A stretch of DNA of 59,789 nt from Candidatus Bathyarchaeota archaeon (GCA_963739305.1 CAVTZU010000014.1:1-59789), one strand, 5' to 3'; positions 1 through 11,257 are shown, numbered from the stretch's first letter. Program-made: numbers and translations. Notes: generated from the letters alone by a model not told the origin.

Positions 1-3
1 TGA

Positions 4-1026
4 TTATTCCACCAATAGTTTTCCATTCTGTATAAGCAAGCGTTTGTCAATCTTGACGGTTGGCTGAAGGAGGATTCCGTCTAAATGAATGTTGCTTTTC
101 GTGTGTCCACCAGGAAATGATGTGTTGTCTCCTACGGCAATGTGCACTGTTCCCAACACTTTTTCGTCTTCTAACACATTTCCTATCAGGCGAGCCTTCG
201 GATTTGTACCAATGCCAAGCTCAGCAATGTTGTAGGCGTTTTTGTCAGCCGCTTCCAAGATGCTCTTAAGCTTGGCTGCATCGGGACCAACGAGGCTTCG
301 CGCCCTTCCGTCTTTCACAGCAATCTTAAGCGGCTGCGTCACCGACAGCCCCAGAGCGACATCCACGAGGTTATCTATGACTAGAGTTCCGTTTGTTGAC
401 TCTTCAACTGGTGCTAAGGCGACTTCCCCTGCCAGCAGGTTTCCCCAGTCGCCAGGCTTATGAATCAATCCTGTATCTCTCATTGGTGGGCGTTCTTTGA
501 TGCTCATTGTCAAATCTGTTCCTGAAGGAGTTGAAATGGTGACTGCTAAACACTTTTGCACAAGCGCCGCCACCTTATCCGTCAAAGATGCTACCTTTTT
601 GTAGTGAGCTGTAAGTGCACCGACGCTCATCATGCCTTCAGTTATGCCTGGCATGCTGGCGATTCTTGCACCTTGTTTGGTCGCGTTGCGTCGAGCGTCT
701 GTATTTGAAAGCGACATGTAAGTAGGTGCAAGCACAACGTCAGCTGCTTTCATGGCTTCGGCAACGGGCTTTGGAGGCTCATCTCCATGACGTCTAGTAG
801 GTTCCATAATCATAACGGTTGTTTTGGCTCCGACTGATGCTGCCGAACAAGCTAGAGCCTCAGCTATCTTCAGCATCTTTGTATCAGTGATGACCAGAAC
901 GGTTTCATCTCGTTTAGTTTTCAGGCAAGTCTCAACCGCGATTCGTGCACCCTTCATCAAGGACATGTTCTCAAACAAACAAGACACCTCTTCCTCACTG
1001 GGGCGTTTCTTGCACACCAAAAACAC
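4..1026 (-). CDS. Leucyl aminopeptidase / aminopeptidase T (M29-like)
   Basis: GNLxAGEV, AELGIGTNP, EDEKVLGTVHIAVGDN and SNIHLD motifs; true start may be the ATG near 966. Confidence 0.85.
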   Translation of the reverse strand: MFLVCKKRPSEEEVSCLFENMSLMKGARIAVETCLKTKRDETVLVITDTKMLKIAEALACSAASVGAKTTVMIMEPTRRHGDEPPKPVAEAMKAADVVLAPTYMSLSNTDARRNATKQGARIASMPGITEGMMSVGALTAHYKKVASLTDKVAALVQKCLAVTISTPSGTDLTMSIKERPPMRDTGLIHKPGDWGNLLAGEVALAPVEESTNGTLVIDNLVDVALGLSVTQPLKIAVKDGRARSLVGPDAAKLKSILEAADKNAYNIAELGIGTNPKARLIGNVLEDEKVLGTVHIAVGDNTSFPGGHTKSNIHLDGILLQPTVKIDKRLLIQNGKLLVE

Positions 1027-1197
1027 ATGGTAGGAAGTTGCTTAAAAAAGAGTGCACATCAACAGCGCGCGCTCAATAGCGTGCACGTTCGAAAGACAGA
1101 GTGTCTTAGAGTTCAACAGTTAGACGAGAAGGTTTATTAAATCTCAAGATGCACGTTATGATGGCAGTGCGGCCCTCCAAACGAAAGGAAAAGAAGA

Positions 1198-1601
1198 ATG
1201 GGAACCAAAAGTCGAAAAGCCCTCAGTCCCGTGGTTGCATCGGTAATACTCATAGCTGTTGCATTTGCTGTCAGCATTGCTGTGGGCGCGTGGATGGGTG
1301 TCCTGACCTTTGGTTACACTTCTACGGAGCAGCTGCGAATAACAGTATGAGCTTCGACATGCCAGGCAACACAATTACTTTAAGCGTGAAGAACCTTGGA
1401 ACATCAGCTGTGACCATCTACGAGGCCTGGGTGAACAACGTTAGACAGAACTCCACAAATCCTGTTCTTCCAAAAGTCGTAACTGCGAATTCTGAAATAG
1501 TTATGAACATCACATTGAGTAGCCTCAAGGAGGGCTGCAACTATCAAGTCGGACTAGTCTCATCAAAAGGAAACAAATTCCTGTATACAGCACACGCGTA
1601 A
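1198..1601 (+). CDS. Archaeal type IV pilin-like protein (class III signal peptide), frameshifted near 1345
   Basis: ATG 1198 reads MGTKSRKA/LSPVVASVILIAVAFAVSIAVGAWMG, a PibD cleavage motif plus hydrophobic helix; a one-base shift joins it to the Ig-like C-terminus (TLSVKNLGT...GLVSSKGNKF). Confidence 0.8.
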
Positions 1602-1813
1602 CACGCGCATCTTTTTTCCCGCACAGGTTGGTTGCACAAAAGTTTGCCACACGAGGCGCGGGTAGTCGAGTTTTCCCTAGAAGAAAAGAAAATATGTTTC
1701 GTTACAGGCAACTCCTATTAGGTGCTCTCCCCCGGCAAGTTTAGCTTGAATCTGTATTCTCTTTTCATAAAACTGTTATCCTTAAGGACAGACTGTGGTC
1801 CTAGTGAAATGAT

Positions 1814-2259
1814 ATGAGCTTTCCTCAAGAACTGCAGGAACTGCAAGATAAAAGGGCGAAACTAGAGGATGAATCGCTTTCTCTGAGAGAAGAGCAGAAA
1901 AAACTCGAAGAAAAGGCAAAGGCACTTGAGCAGAAGATAATCCGAGAGCTCAGCAATAAGAACGATGAAACGCGACACAAGGTATCTGATCTCGCATCCA
2001 AGGTAAGCGATTTAGAACAGAGATTCCGACGGATTGCTGGAGACAGAGAACGCCTGAACCGACAAATGAGACAGCCTCAGAGCCATCAAATCCTGAATCA
2101 ACAGAAGTCACCGCCCAAATCAACGAAGAAGTCCTCGATGAATCCACAGAAGAAGCGACCGTAGTGGTTTCCAGCGTCGACAACTCAGCAGAGTCTGTCG
2201 AAGAACAGAATCCAGAAGCAGACGAGGCAGGCAAAAAAGGGAAACGTAGATTCTTCTAG
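1814..2259 (+). CDS. Coiled-coil protein with acidic linker, frameshifted near 2030-2050
   Basis: Heptad-rich N-terminus; an alternative frame continues as an acidic tail ending KKGKRRFF*. Confidence 0.5.
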
Positions 2260-2514
2260 ACCCGTTCAGAATTGTGATTGTCTGAAATCGGCAAGTAACT
2301 GCCAGTGGACACAATACAGAATACAGCGTGTCCCCCTAGCGCACGCTCGTTGCCGAGTTAGTCGTTTTTCTAGAATTCTAGCGCGCGCTACGGACAAGGC
2401 TGTGCAGAACCTGTAGAACAGATCCGCTTAGACCGAGTGATTTTCTGAGGATAATGAAAGAATTGATATGCTGACAGAGCTTATTAGAAGTGACTTGGCG
2501 CGTTAAGGTGAAAG

Positions 2515-3350
2515 TTGCATTGCAGAATCAGAAACGAGCGGAGACCAGGCAGAAACAGAGAAACGACATCATACGTTTTCAACATTCCCTATCGCGGAAA
2601 TAGCAAGTTGGAGCAGGTGATGGATCAGGTGAAGAGAGACGTGAGGCTGCAGACGCTGTGGAAATGTTCTAATGTGATGGCTATCGACCGAATGGGTTAC
2701 TCGGACCATGGTCCGACGCACGCTAGATAGTAGCCAACCTAGCCCTCCAGACTCTTAAGAATCCTTGTTACTGGAGAAAGTTCCGCCTAGCATCATCAAG
2801 GATTACGGTATGAAGATTGAAGATGCTGAGGTCGTAGTTGTCCTAGCATCAATTCTCCATGATGTAGGCATAGTCGTGATGAGGGAGAGACATGAAGTCT
2901 ACGGCGTTCTGTTAGCCAGGGATTTTGTTGAGAAGTATTTGAAGACTATTTACACTGAAGAGGAGGGGGCACTATCGTCCTTTCTGAAGTGCTTCACGCC
3001 ATCGCTTCCCATGAAGAACCGAATAAACCGTTGACCGTTGAGGCAGGTATCGTTCGTATTGCGGATGCCTTAGACATGGAAGAAGGGAGGGCCAAGGTCC
3101 CATTTCAAGCTGGGAAGGTGGGCATTCACAGTGTTTCAGCTTTCTCAATAGAAGAAGTGGCAATCCAGAAAGGCGACGCGAAGCCAGTGACGATCAGAAT
3201 AACGATGTCTAACTCTGCTGGCGTCTTCCAAATAGACGAACTACTGAAACCTAGAATTGAGAACTCAGGACTTCAGAGACTAGCTTCTACGTTGTTGTAG
3301 AGATCACTGGGGAGAAAGAGAGAGGAATATTAGACAAATTCGAAATCTAA
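2515..3350 (+). CDS. HD-superfamily phosphohydrolase, several frameshifts
   Basis: Fragments YSDHGPTH, LASILHDVG, LHAIASHE and VRIADALDM appear in order in different frames. Confidence 0.8.
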
Positions 3351-3495
3351 CTGCCTTTCGACTGTCTTTTGTTTCGAAGAGTTCATTGGAACCTCCAAGA
3401 ATTCTGATAATAGTAACACGCATAATGGAATGAAGTCCCACAAGACTCAAATCCCTCTTGATACACAAGCATTTAATGCGTGCGGAGAAAGTGTG

Positions 3496-3822
3496 ATGAA
3501 GAAAAAGGGGATCATCGTGGTTTTTGGCTTGCTGCTGTTTTTTCAGTTTCTAGCCGTAGCGAAGGCATTGCCTCCTTTGTCTTTCCACGAAAAATGGCCG
3601 ATTATACCGCCAGTATGTCCTGGCGACCCTCCGGCAATTCCTGATTCTCCGTTTGTCGAGGGTCTTAGGCTGAAACCGCCGTACAACCTCGTGGGACGCT
3701 TACTGTTGGCTGAGGCTTTCAATTCTATTCCTGAAAGCTACAACTGGAATCCCACTGTAGATCTTAACCACGATAACGTTGTCAATATATAGGATGCAAT
3801 AATCGTTGCAAAGAGCTGCTAA
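3496..3822 (+). CDS. Small secreted protein with C-terminal dockerin-type Ca-binding repeat; in-frame TAG at 3790-3792
   Basis: Signal peptide MKKKGIIVVFGLLLFFQFLAVAKA; LAEAFNS...WNPTVDLNHDNVVNI*DAIIVAK matches the dockerin of the 6496-7719 gene. Confidence 0.6.
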
Positions 3823-4149
3823 TGTTGCGCACCCTTCCTGCCTTCGCGCACCCGATGTGAATGTAAAACTGGATAAGAGAACGAATTTTTCTGTCTTCGG
3901 TTTTAGCCCGCGCTATTGTGTATCGGTGGCCTGGCAGCCTTACAGCGGGCCACAAATGATGCTATTCTGGAAACGGATGGCTAGAAAGGTTAGTATATAT
4001 ACTATTTTTGTCTACCCCTCCCACCCTTCTCTGTGCGCGCGCTAACAATAGAATACACTCAAAAACACATAGAACTGGGTTCCATAAGATTCAAAAACCA
4101 AAGTGTGCAATATAATAGTGCTCAAATAAAAGAAAAGGAGAAAAGGAGA

Positions 4150-6405
4150 ATGAAGAGATTATTAGCGCGCGCGTTAGCTGCGATTATTGTCGCAGTGTTT
4201 CTAGCATCTATTGCTATTATACCTATGGATACAGCGTCTGCTTCGAAAGCAACAATAGCCGGACCAATCCAAGGCTTGACACATCTTAAGCAAGGAAACT
4301 ACCCATTGCTCTCTAATGATGAGCCTTCGGGTTACGACGCTTCACCATTCCTAGACGAACGCGGTGCCCGTGGGCGCGGTTGCGTATCCTCATCCACACT
4401 CTCCATGGACAGTGGTTGTCTCGACGATTTCCTCGGCGGATTCTACTACCAAGATTTCATATCGGTCCTAAACGGCACTCACTGCAACATCTGGGTCGGA
4501 CTGAACGACACTGTCTGGACAGGCGGATACACGATGATGGAAGACGAACGGACCAGGATTTGCCGACGACGAGTTCTTCTTTGCGGTGCCATGGAGCTAT
4601 ACATATCATTCGTTTGCTGGGTCGTTACCAGAATGGGTACCGTGACTACATAACTGGAGCACAGCTTCAACAGATAATGAACGAATTCGACAACCACATA
4701 TATACGACTGACACCTCATTCTTCGGACAATACGCAAATCGTCCAGGACCCTTTAACGACAACAAGATACAGATATTGATATTCAACATTCGAGACGAGT
4801 TCTTCTGGGATTACACCTACACAGGAGGATTCATTGAAGGGTACTTCTGGGATTATGCGAGCAACATAAACAATGCAAACATACTCCACATCGACACTTA
4901 TCAGTGGTTCAGACGAGAAGGACCGACGCCGAACGGCGGTGTAGGAGTTCCATATTTGACTACATCCATATACACCCAGTCAGTGTGCTCCCAACGAATA
5001 CGAAGGCACTTTTGCGCACGAGTTCCAGCACCTCATCCACAATGACATCGATCCTGACGAGGACTCTTGGGTGAACGAAGGATGCTCATGCTTGGCCGAA
5101 TACATCAATGGATATGGAATCGGAAATGACCTTGCTTATTATGTCACAGACTTCTGGGAGACATCGTTGACGCAGTGGGAGGGCATGCTTGCAAACTATG
5201 GATGTGTCTCTCTGTTTTGGCTCTACATGTATGAGCACTACGGCGGGCAACCATTCATCTGGGCAATTGTTCATGAACAAGCCAACGGAATCCAAGGGGT
5301 CAATAACGTACTCAAGGCCCGAAAAATCCACAAGACTTTTGACGAAATCTTCCAAGACTGGGAAATCGCCAACTATCTGGACGACACGACTTTTGCCAAG
5401 GGAATCTACGGATATTACGGCATAGATTTTCCAAATGCGCAATCACAAGGGTATGACTTTCCAACAGTAGTAGACATCATTGGAGCGTAGTCACCGTATC
5501 CAACGTATCCTGATGGCCCCTATACACTACCAGAACGACTGCCCTACGTCACCTGGTACTGGAGATTTGACGACGGATCCCCCGCACTGAAAGTCAAGTT
5601 CAACGGCGACGACGCTGCTGGAGTATTCCCCCACAGCGCCACGAATGAATGGTACTCAGACGGAACCGCATATTCATGGTTCCGACTCGGCAAGACATTC
5701 ACAATACCCTCAACAGGAGCCACACTCAAATTCTGGAGCAACTACGACACCGAACTAAACTGGGACTATGCCTACGTGGAAGTCCACGACACGACAACTG
5801 ACCAATGGTACACTCTCCCTGGAATCCAAACGGTGACAACAATTCTAAACCCTGAAGACAACCCCAACACCCCAGATGCCTTTGAGCCAACCACGTACCT
5901 AGCTGCCGGAAGATGGAACGGATTCACAGGCAACAGCGGCGGCTGGTATCAAGAGCAAATGGACCTGACACCCTTTGCAGGTCACGGTGTGGAAATCTAC
6001 TTCACCTACTGGACTGACCCGTACACTCTTGGAAGAGGATGGTACGTCGATGACATTGAGATACCCCAACTCGGCTTCCTGGACAATGTTGAAAGCGGCG
6101 TGAACGGATGGACAGTAAACGCTGGCTGGTCAATAACAACTGGAGTAATTCCGAACAAATTCGAAGTGAACTTCATTCAGACACTCACAATGAACATATG
6201 CAAGAAGACGACAACCCTACATTTCATCACTCCCATGTGGCTCAACAAAGCACAAGACGGTTCTACAATCTTACTAGCGATCAACACAAAAATCGCGACA
6301 TTCGGCCCAGCTGTAATGGTCGTTGCTAACCAACCAGGATACGAAAACAGCTTCGGCACGTACTTCACGTTCTCAGCAGACATAATTAAAGGCTGTCAGC
6401 ACTAG
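4150..6405 (+). CDS. Secreted immune inhibitor A-like (M6/M30-type) zinc metalloprotease; frameshifts near 4530-4620 and 4980, in-frame TAG at 5488-5490
   Basis: Signal peptide; EYEGTFAHEFQHLIH...WVNEG (HExxH) at about 4996-5082; C-terminal WDYAYVEV, GFTGNSGGW and GWYVDDI motifs. Confidence 0.8.
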
Positions 6406-6495
6406 ACAATTGGACGCTAACGAACACAATAATCCCCTTTTTTTGGTTTCACACCTCCTAAGTCATATTCACAAAGAAATATCCGGAGAAGGAAA

Positions 6496-7719
6496 ATGAA
6501 GAGGAAATTCCTGATAGTGCTCGTGATTCTAGTGAGCCATCACCTTCTGTTCAGCACTTCGTATTCAACCGGCCCAAGCAGTGGGAATAGTATACATCGA
6601 ACCGGACGGAAGCATTAGCCCCCCAGAAGCGCCCATCCAAACCCTTGACAGGATCAAGTACGCACTCACTGCGGACGCGGATGCGTCCATTATCCTCCAG
6701 AGAAGCAACATAGTAATTGATGGTGGATCCTACACTCTTCAGGGGGACGGAACTCAAAACGGCTTCATCTTACAGGACGTAGTCAATATCACGATTAAGA
6801 ACACGCTGATAAGCAACTGTTCCGATGGAATCCAACTCTTTAATGCATCAGGCAACACCATAACGGGCAACACAATAATAGGAAGCGCCTATGAAGGTGT
6901 AGGCGTCTATTATTCTTCCGGCAATGTCGTAGCAGGCAACAACATAACAAACAACCAAATCGGCATCGCTTTCTACACTTCATCAAGCAACTCAATAGTC
7001 CACAACGACTTCATAAACAACGCTTATCAGTTCTACATAGAATCTTCCAACAACAACTGGGACAATGGCTATCCCTCCGGAGGAAACTATTGGAGCGACT
7101 ACGCGGAACAGACTCCCTAAGAGGTCCAAACCAAAATCAACCTGGAAGCGATGCAATAGGAGACACACCTTACACTTGCGATGAAAACAACGTGGACAAC
7201 TACCCGCTTATGAACCCACTGGTGAACTTGGCCGTCACAAACGTCTTGCCATCCAAGACGGCAGTGGGAGAAGGATTCAAAGTGTACATTAACGTGACGG
7301 TGCAAAACGAAGGCTGGAACCAGCAAACAACAAAACTAACCGTTTACGTAAACACAACAGTCCTCGCAACAATCACAAACCTGGTGCTGGCACCGAGCAG
7401 TCAAGTGATCATGAATTTCACGTGGCAAACCACCGCCGGAGCCAGAGGAACCTACATCATAAGAGCAGCCGTTGACCCTGTCTCAGGCGAAGTCGACACC
7501 GGAGACAACACGCGGAACGCGACCGTGAAAGTAACGATCATCGGAGACGTGAACGGCGACGGAAGCGTGGACATCTACGACGCAATAGTTCTGGCAAACG
7601 CCTTCAATTCCGCTCCATCAAGTTCAACCTGGAACGGGAACGCTGACATCAACAGCGACAACGCCATCGACATATACGACGCCATTCTCTTAGCGAATAA
7701 TTTTGGCAAAAAGACGTAA
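6496..7719 (+). CDS. Secreted beta-helix (NosD/CASH) + CARDB + dockerin protein; frameshifts near 6535 and 7108
   Basis: Parallel beta-helix repeats, WDNGYPSGGNYWSDY, CARDB-like INVTVQNEG, duplicated GDVNGDGSVDIYD/ADINSDNAIDIYD. Confidence 0.85.
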
Positions 7720-7793
7720 CAAGTCAACTCAGCTTCGCTAATCTTATTAGCAGAACGCAGCAATTGTTTGATATGCCTTGGAGTTGAACTTTC

Positions 7794-8372
7794 ATGAAGT
7801 GGCCAATCAGTTCTCTTGCAGGCGTTGCCGTCATAGTCCTCTACTGTGTCTTCACGTTCTCATCGTGGGGACTATACCCAACTTCTTACAGTCCAGCAAC
7901 GAACTGGCTCAGCGACCTTGGAAACTCAACCAGCAACCCGAGCGGTGCAATTGTCTACAACCTCGGATGCATCCTCACGGGACTCGCACTTTTCCCCTTC
8001 TTTCTCGGCATCTACAAGTGGTACAATCAGCAAAGATGGAGAAAGACAGCGTTGATGATCACCCAGGCGATTGGATGTGCAGCAGCCTTCTCGCTCATCA
8101 TGATCGGCGTTTTCTCAGAAGACGCAGGATACCTGCACGGTTTGTGGTCAAACATTTTCTTCATATTAAACTTCGCAGTCCTCATCCTGATGAGTATCTC
8201 GCTATTCATGCATCCCCGGTGCATCAAAGCCATTTCTGGCTACGCGTTGGTCGTGGCCGCGATAGACCTCGGGTTTGTGCTCTTTTCTGACACACCTATT
8301 CTTGAGTGGTTCACAGTCTTCACGGCCCTCGGATACGTAGGATTGCTATCTTACAACACAACCAAGATCTGA
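7794..8372 (+). CDS. DUF998-like membrane protein
   Basis: About 5 TM helices; YS..TNWLSDLG, YNLGCI and IGVFSED..LH motifs. Confidence 0.7.
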   Translation: MKWPISSLAGVAVIVLYCVFTFSSWGLYPTSYSPATNWLSDLGNSTSNPSGAIVYNLGCILTGLALFPFFLGIYKWYNQQRWRKTALMITQAIGCAAAFSLIMIGVFSEDAGYLHGLWSNIFFILNFAVLILMSISLFMHPRCIKAISGYALVVAAIDLGFVLFSDTPILEWFTVFTALGYVGLLSYNTTKI

Positions 8373-8563
8373 CCCCGACCCCGCTAGGGCTTCAAAACCG
8401 AAAAAGTGCTTGCGAGACTTAGAGGATAGGGTCACAGCCGTTCAAATGAACAGCGAAAGCGCGTCATTAACCATATTCACAGAAGTCATGATATTGCGGT
8501 TTTGGGAAGAACGTCTTTTATCCAGATAAACGAAGTATGTGCGAAGGGAGAAGGCAAGAGAAC

Positions 8564-8773
8564 ATGAACGAAAAATCAGTGCAAGATCTAGAACGTCAGG
8601 TTCTGGGACCTTTTCGAAAATCATTCACAAGACGCTACGAACAGTGGAAAAGAGCAGATGTCCTTTCGATCGCAGTTGAAACAATGCCGAAACAAGTGAA
8701 ACGAGACGTCGTGCTTTATGATCTGGTGAAATTGAAAATCCAACGAGAGAAAGAGCTGAGCCAGCAAACCTAG
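8564..8773 (+). CDS. Hypothetical protein
   Basis: Short ORF with plausible composition only. Confidence 0.4.
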   Translation: MNEKSVQDLERQVLGPFRKSFTRRYEQWKRADVLSIAVETMPKQVKRDVVLYDLVKLKIQREKELSQQT

Positions 8774-9011
8774 CATTTGCACAGAGAAGAGAACGCTCTC
8801 GTGTCCGATAGTTATTTTTCACCGCTTGTCTTGACCCAAAAAATCCTTTCTTCATTGAACAAAAGCGCGCGCCTATCAATCTTTTTCATCCTTCTTGACC
8901 GCGAACATGGATTTCTCAGCGTCGGCGTACCGTTGAAATCATCCTTGCTGTTCTTAAAGGGAGCCACCAATAGACCGTTCTGCAACTTAGGCGCACTTCA
9001 AAAGAAGGATT

Positions 9012-9107
9012 TGGCGGGCCCGCAGGGATTTGAACCCTGGGTGTCCGGTCTTTCCAGACTTCCGGCTCCGAAGGCCGACGCCTTAATCCTGACTGGGCTA
9101 CGGGCCC
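9012..9107 (-). tRNA. tRNA-Arg(TCG) with 17-nt non-canonical intron (9043-9059, position 45/46)
   Basis: GGGCCCG acceptor stem, anticodon loop CT-TCG-GA, CAGGG-TTCAAAT-CCCTG T arm, encoded CCA; insert forms CCGG-AAG...CCGG-ACA bulge-helix-bulge. Confidence 0.9.
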
Positions 9108-9210
9108 AACACAAGAATACACGAGGAAGCAATTAAAAGCGTTCCGTGTTTTTGAAGACCTCACATGCCCGATAAATATAAGACACGGCCACAAACAAGC
9201 TTACAGATAG

Positions 9211-9426
9211 ATGTCGCTAAGAAAAATCGAGCTAGCAACTTTGGAAAGTGTCCCTCATAGAGTGGACAACCTCAAGAGAAGCCTAGAAATCATCTATGGA
9301 GCAAGACTCCAAGCATTCCCGCGAGACATTCCGATGGATCGACTTTTCCCAACAGAGGATTTCCTTGAAAATGACAAACTTGCGCTCGTTTTCATGAAGA
9401 CCGTCAACGAAGACTACGACGTTCCA
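9211..9426 (+). pseudogene. 5' part of tandem ParB/Srx-domain gene interrupted by the integrated element
   Basis: LFPTEDFLE...DYDVP; continues in frame at 15025 after excision. Confidence 0.9.
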
Positions 9427-9450
9427 ATAATAACGAGTCTAGCGCACTAA
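9421..9450. repeat. attL: core GTTCCA (9421-9426) plus arm ATAATAAC-N5-TAGCGCACTAA
   Basis: Core repeated directly at 15019-15024; arm is an inverted copy of 14995-15018. Confidence 0.85.
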
Positions 9451-9496
9451 AATCATAAGCTACATAGAAAAAAGAAGGGAAGTGTAGCGTACGCTC

Positions 9497-9643
9497 CTAA
9501 GCTGCTAGGCCTTCTTGCAGTTGGAGTATGCCTGTGCGCATAACGTAGTCTATGAAATCTTGGAAGTTATCAAAGGCCAACTGTTCTTTTAGTTCCCGGT
9601 AGAAGTATTTGAGATCTATTTCAGTTTGGATTAGTTCCTTCAT
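9497..9643 (-). CDS. Small hypothetical protein (48 aa)
   Basis: GAGGTGA RBS then MKELIQTEIDLKYFYRELKEQLAFDNFQDFIDYVMRTGILQLQEGLAA*, followed by a T-rich terminator; below ORF-track cutoff. Confidence 0.6.
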   Translation of the reverse strand: MKELIQTEIDLKYFYRELKEQLAFDNFQDFIDYVMRTGILQLQEGLAA

Positions 9644-9793
9644 GTCATCACCTCGAGACTTTATTAGCCGGTGGTAAAGTTAGGGTTTGGGAATTAACTA
9701 AGGCATATCTATGACTCATTGATATAGGCCAAAGTCTTTTTGTCCCAGTAATCTTTGACAGAAAGAAAGCGATTCTATGTTACTCGATAGTAG

Positions 9794-10451
9794 CTAGATA
9801 TGATAAATTCTGTCAATATCTTCTTCCCAAGAACCCTTTACATAAGCAGTAGTCGAGTCTAGTCTTCTCAATCCCATGAACTCTTTAAGCTTCCAGGCAT
9901 CGCTGCGGAAAACTAATCTTCCGTAAATGGTTTCAGTCACGCTTCTGAACCAATGCGGAAATCTGTTTGTTGTCTGATATATGATCCAATATGTCTCTCT
10001 TGCGCCCTAACGGTTTGTTCCAAAAGAAAGCTAGATCCTCAAGAGCTGGGTATCTTCCTCTTGGAAATACATAGCTATCTTCTGTTGGAACATTCACGAG
10101 CCAATCTTCAAACTTCCTAGTGAAATATCCTAGACTTCCTCTTTTAGGAAGTACAATCTTCTTTCTTAATTCTCCATGCTTCAACGTCTGCACATTAGCT
10201 AATTCAATCCGTGACTTGTAGATTCTGAATTGCAGCTTTCTAAGTTTCAGGACCTCACTAATCCTCAATCCGGTTAGAATCAAGAGACAAACTAGAGCCT
10301 GGTCTCGTTGCTGATAATCAGTTTCGTTATCAGATTTGTATGGCCACTTGCATTTATCAACTAAGTTTTCCAAGTCATGCCATAGCCTTTCATCTAAGAA
10401 TATCGGTATATCCGTAACCTTCCGCTTTCGTTTCTTCCTAGAACCCTGCAT
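9794..10451 (-). CDS. Small XerC-like tyrosine recombinase (catalytic domain only), frameshift near 9995
   Basis: LTGLRISE (Arg I) and TLKH (Lys); after a shift in an AGAGAG run it reads FPHWFR (HxxR), FMGL and TTAYV (catalytic Tyr) to TAG at 9794. Confidence 0.85.
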
Positions 10452-10510
10452 TTTTACCTCACAATCCCATAACATAGAAGACATAATCTACAAATGTCTT
10501 TTAGTATGAT

Positions 10511-11257
10511 CTATTCGCCTTCCTCAGAGTCTTCTATGGATTTGCTAACCTCCTTGGTGGCTTGTGAACTGTTAAGGAAGGTGTGCTTCAAATGTTTGAT
10601 AATTTCTCGTTTAACTTCTTCTGCTTCAAGATTGTACTGTCTTCCTATGTCCTTCATGTTTGGATGATTCATGTACAGTCTCGCTAGTTGGCAGCATAGA
10701 GGTTGCTCGAACATCGGTACTTCCTTTTTCATACTGAAAATAGCGTCATCTTTGCAGTTATACGAGATTGAAGTCTTAGGCAGATCATTAAGAAAGTAAT
10801 GGTCATTATTGTAGAAGTCAGTTACCTTAGCGTTGTGTAGGCTAATCTTACTTATTCGAGCATCTAAGATGTCTGAGTCCATGAATCCTGAATCAACAAA
10901 CTTAGCGGAAGGTGCTACACCGATTAGGCAGCAGTCATAGTGCCGGATGAGTTGGATTAAGTCCATGATCTTCTTGTTTTGCTCTGTCATAAAGCTGAGT
11001 TTCTTGATGTGTTTTCCAGCTTCATCTAGAACATAGGTCTTCTTGCCTGGAGCGTGTTTAAGCCAATCTTCCAGGTCCGGATAGTTGGTTATTTGCTGAA
11101 CGTAATAAGATTCTGTCTTAATGTTCGTTGCAAAATGTTTTCGGTATTCGTTGTCATGGCAGATTTCCATTAGAAGCATGGATATGTTTGTTTTTCCAGA
11201 TCCTTTGTAACCATCTATAAAGATGATCGCGCCATCAAGTTTCAGGATTGTTTCCAA
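10511..11257 (-). CDS. P-loop ATPase, Zot/viral morphogenesis-packaging-like, with C-terminal HTH-like segment
   Basis: Walker A GYKGSGKT, ATNI, Walker B YVLDEAG, QLIRH; C-terminal MKDIGRQYNLEAEEVKREI. Confidence 0.75.
   Translation of the reverse strand: METILKLDGAIIFIDGYKGSGKTNISMLLMEICHDNEYRKHFATNIKTESYYVQQITNYPDLEDWLKHAPGKKTYVLDEAGKHIKKLSFMTEQNKKIMDLIQLIRHYDCCLIGVAPSAKFVDSGFMDSDILDARISKISLHNAKVTDFYNNDHYFLNDLPKTSISYNCKDDAIFSMKKEVPMFEQPLCCQLARLYMNHPNMKDIGRQYNLEAEEVKREIIKHLKHTFLNSSQATKEVSKSIEDSEEGE

Noticed and set aside
1149-1601. 150-aa ORF as annotated in the track
   Set aside because: Its N-terminal half is the wrong frame; the pilin signal peptide is in the frame starting at 1198
9043-9059. 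Long variable arm (class II tRNA) interpretation
   Set aside because: Arg tRNAs have short variable loops and the insert forms a bulge-helix-bulge motif
8777-9194. ORFs 8777-9136 and 8916-9194
   Set aside because: They overlap the tRNA-Arg gene and have no protein-like features
10466-10494. dif-like site upstream of the small recombinase
   Set aside because: Only about 16/28 match to E. coli dif and poor arm symmetry; too weak to call
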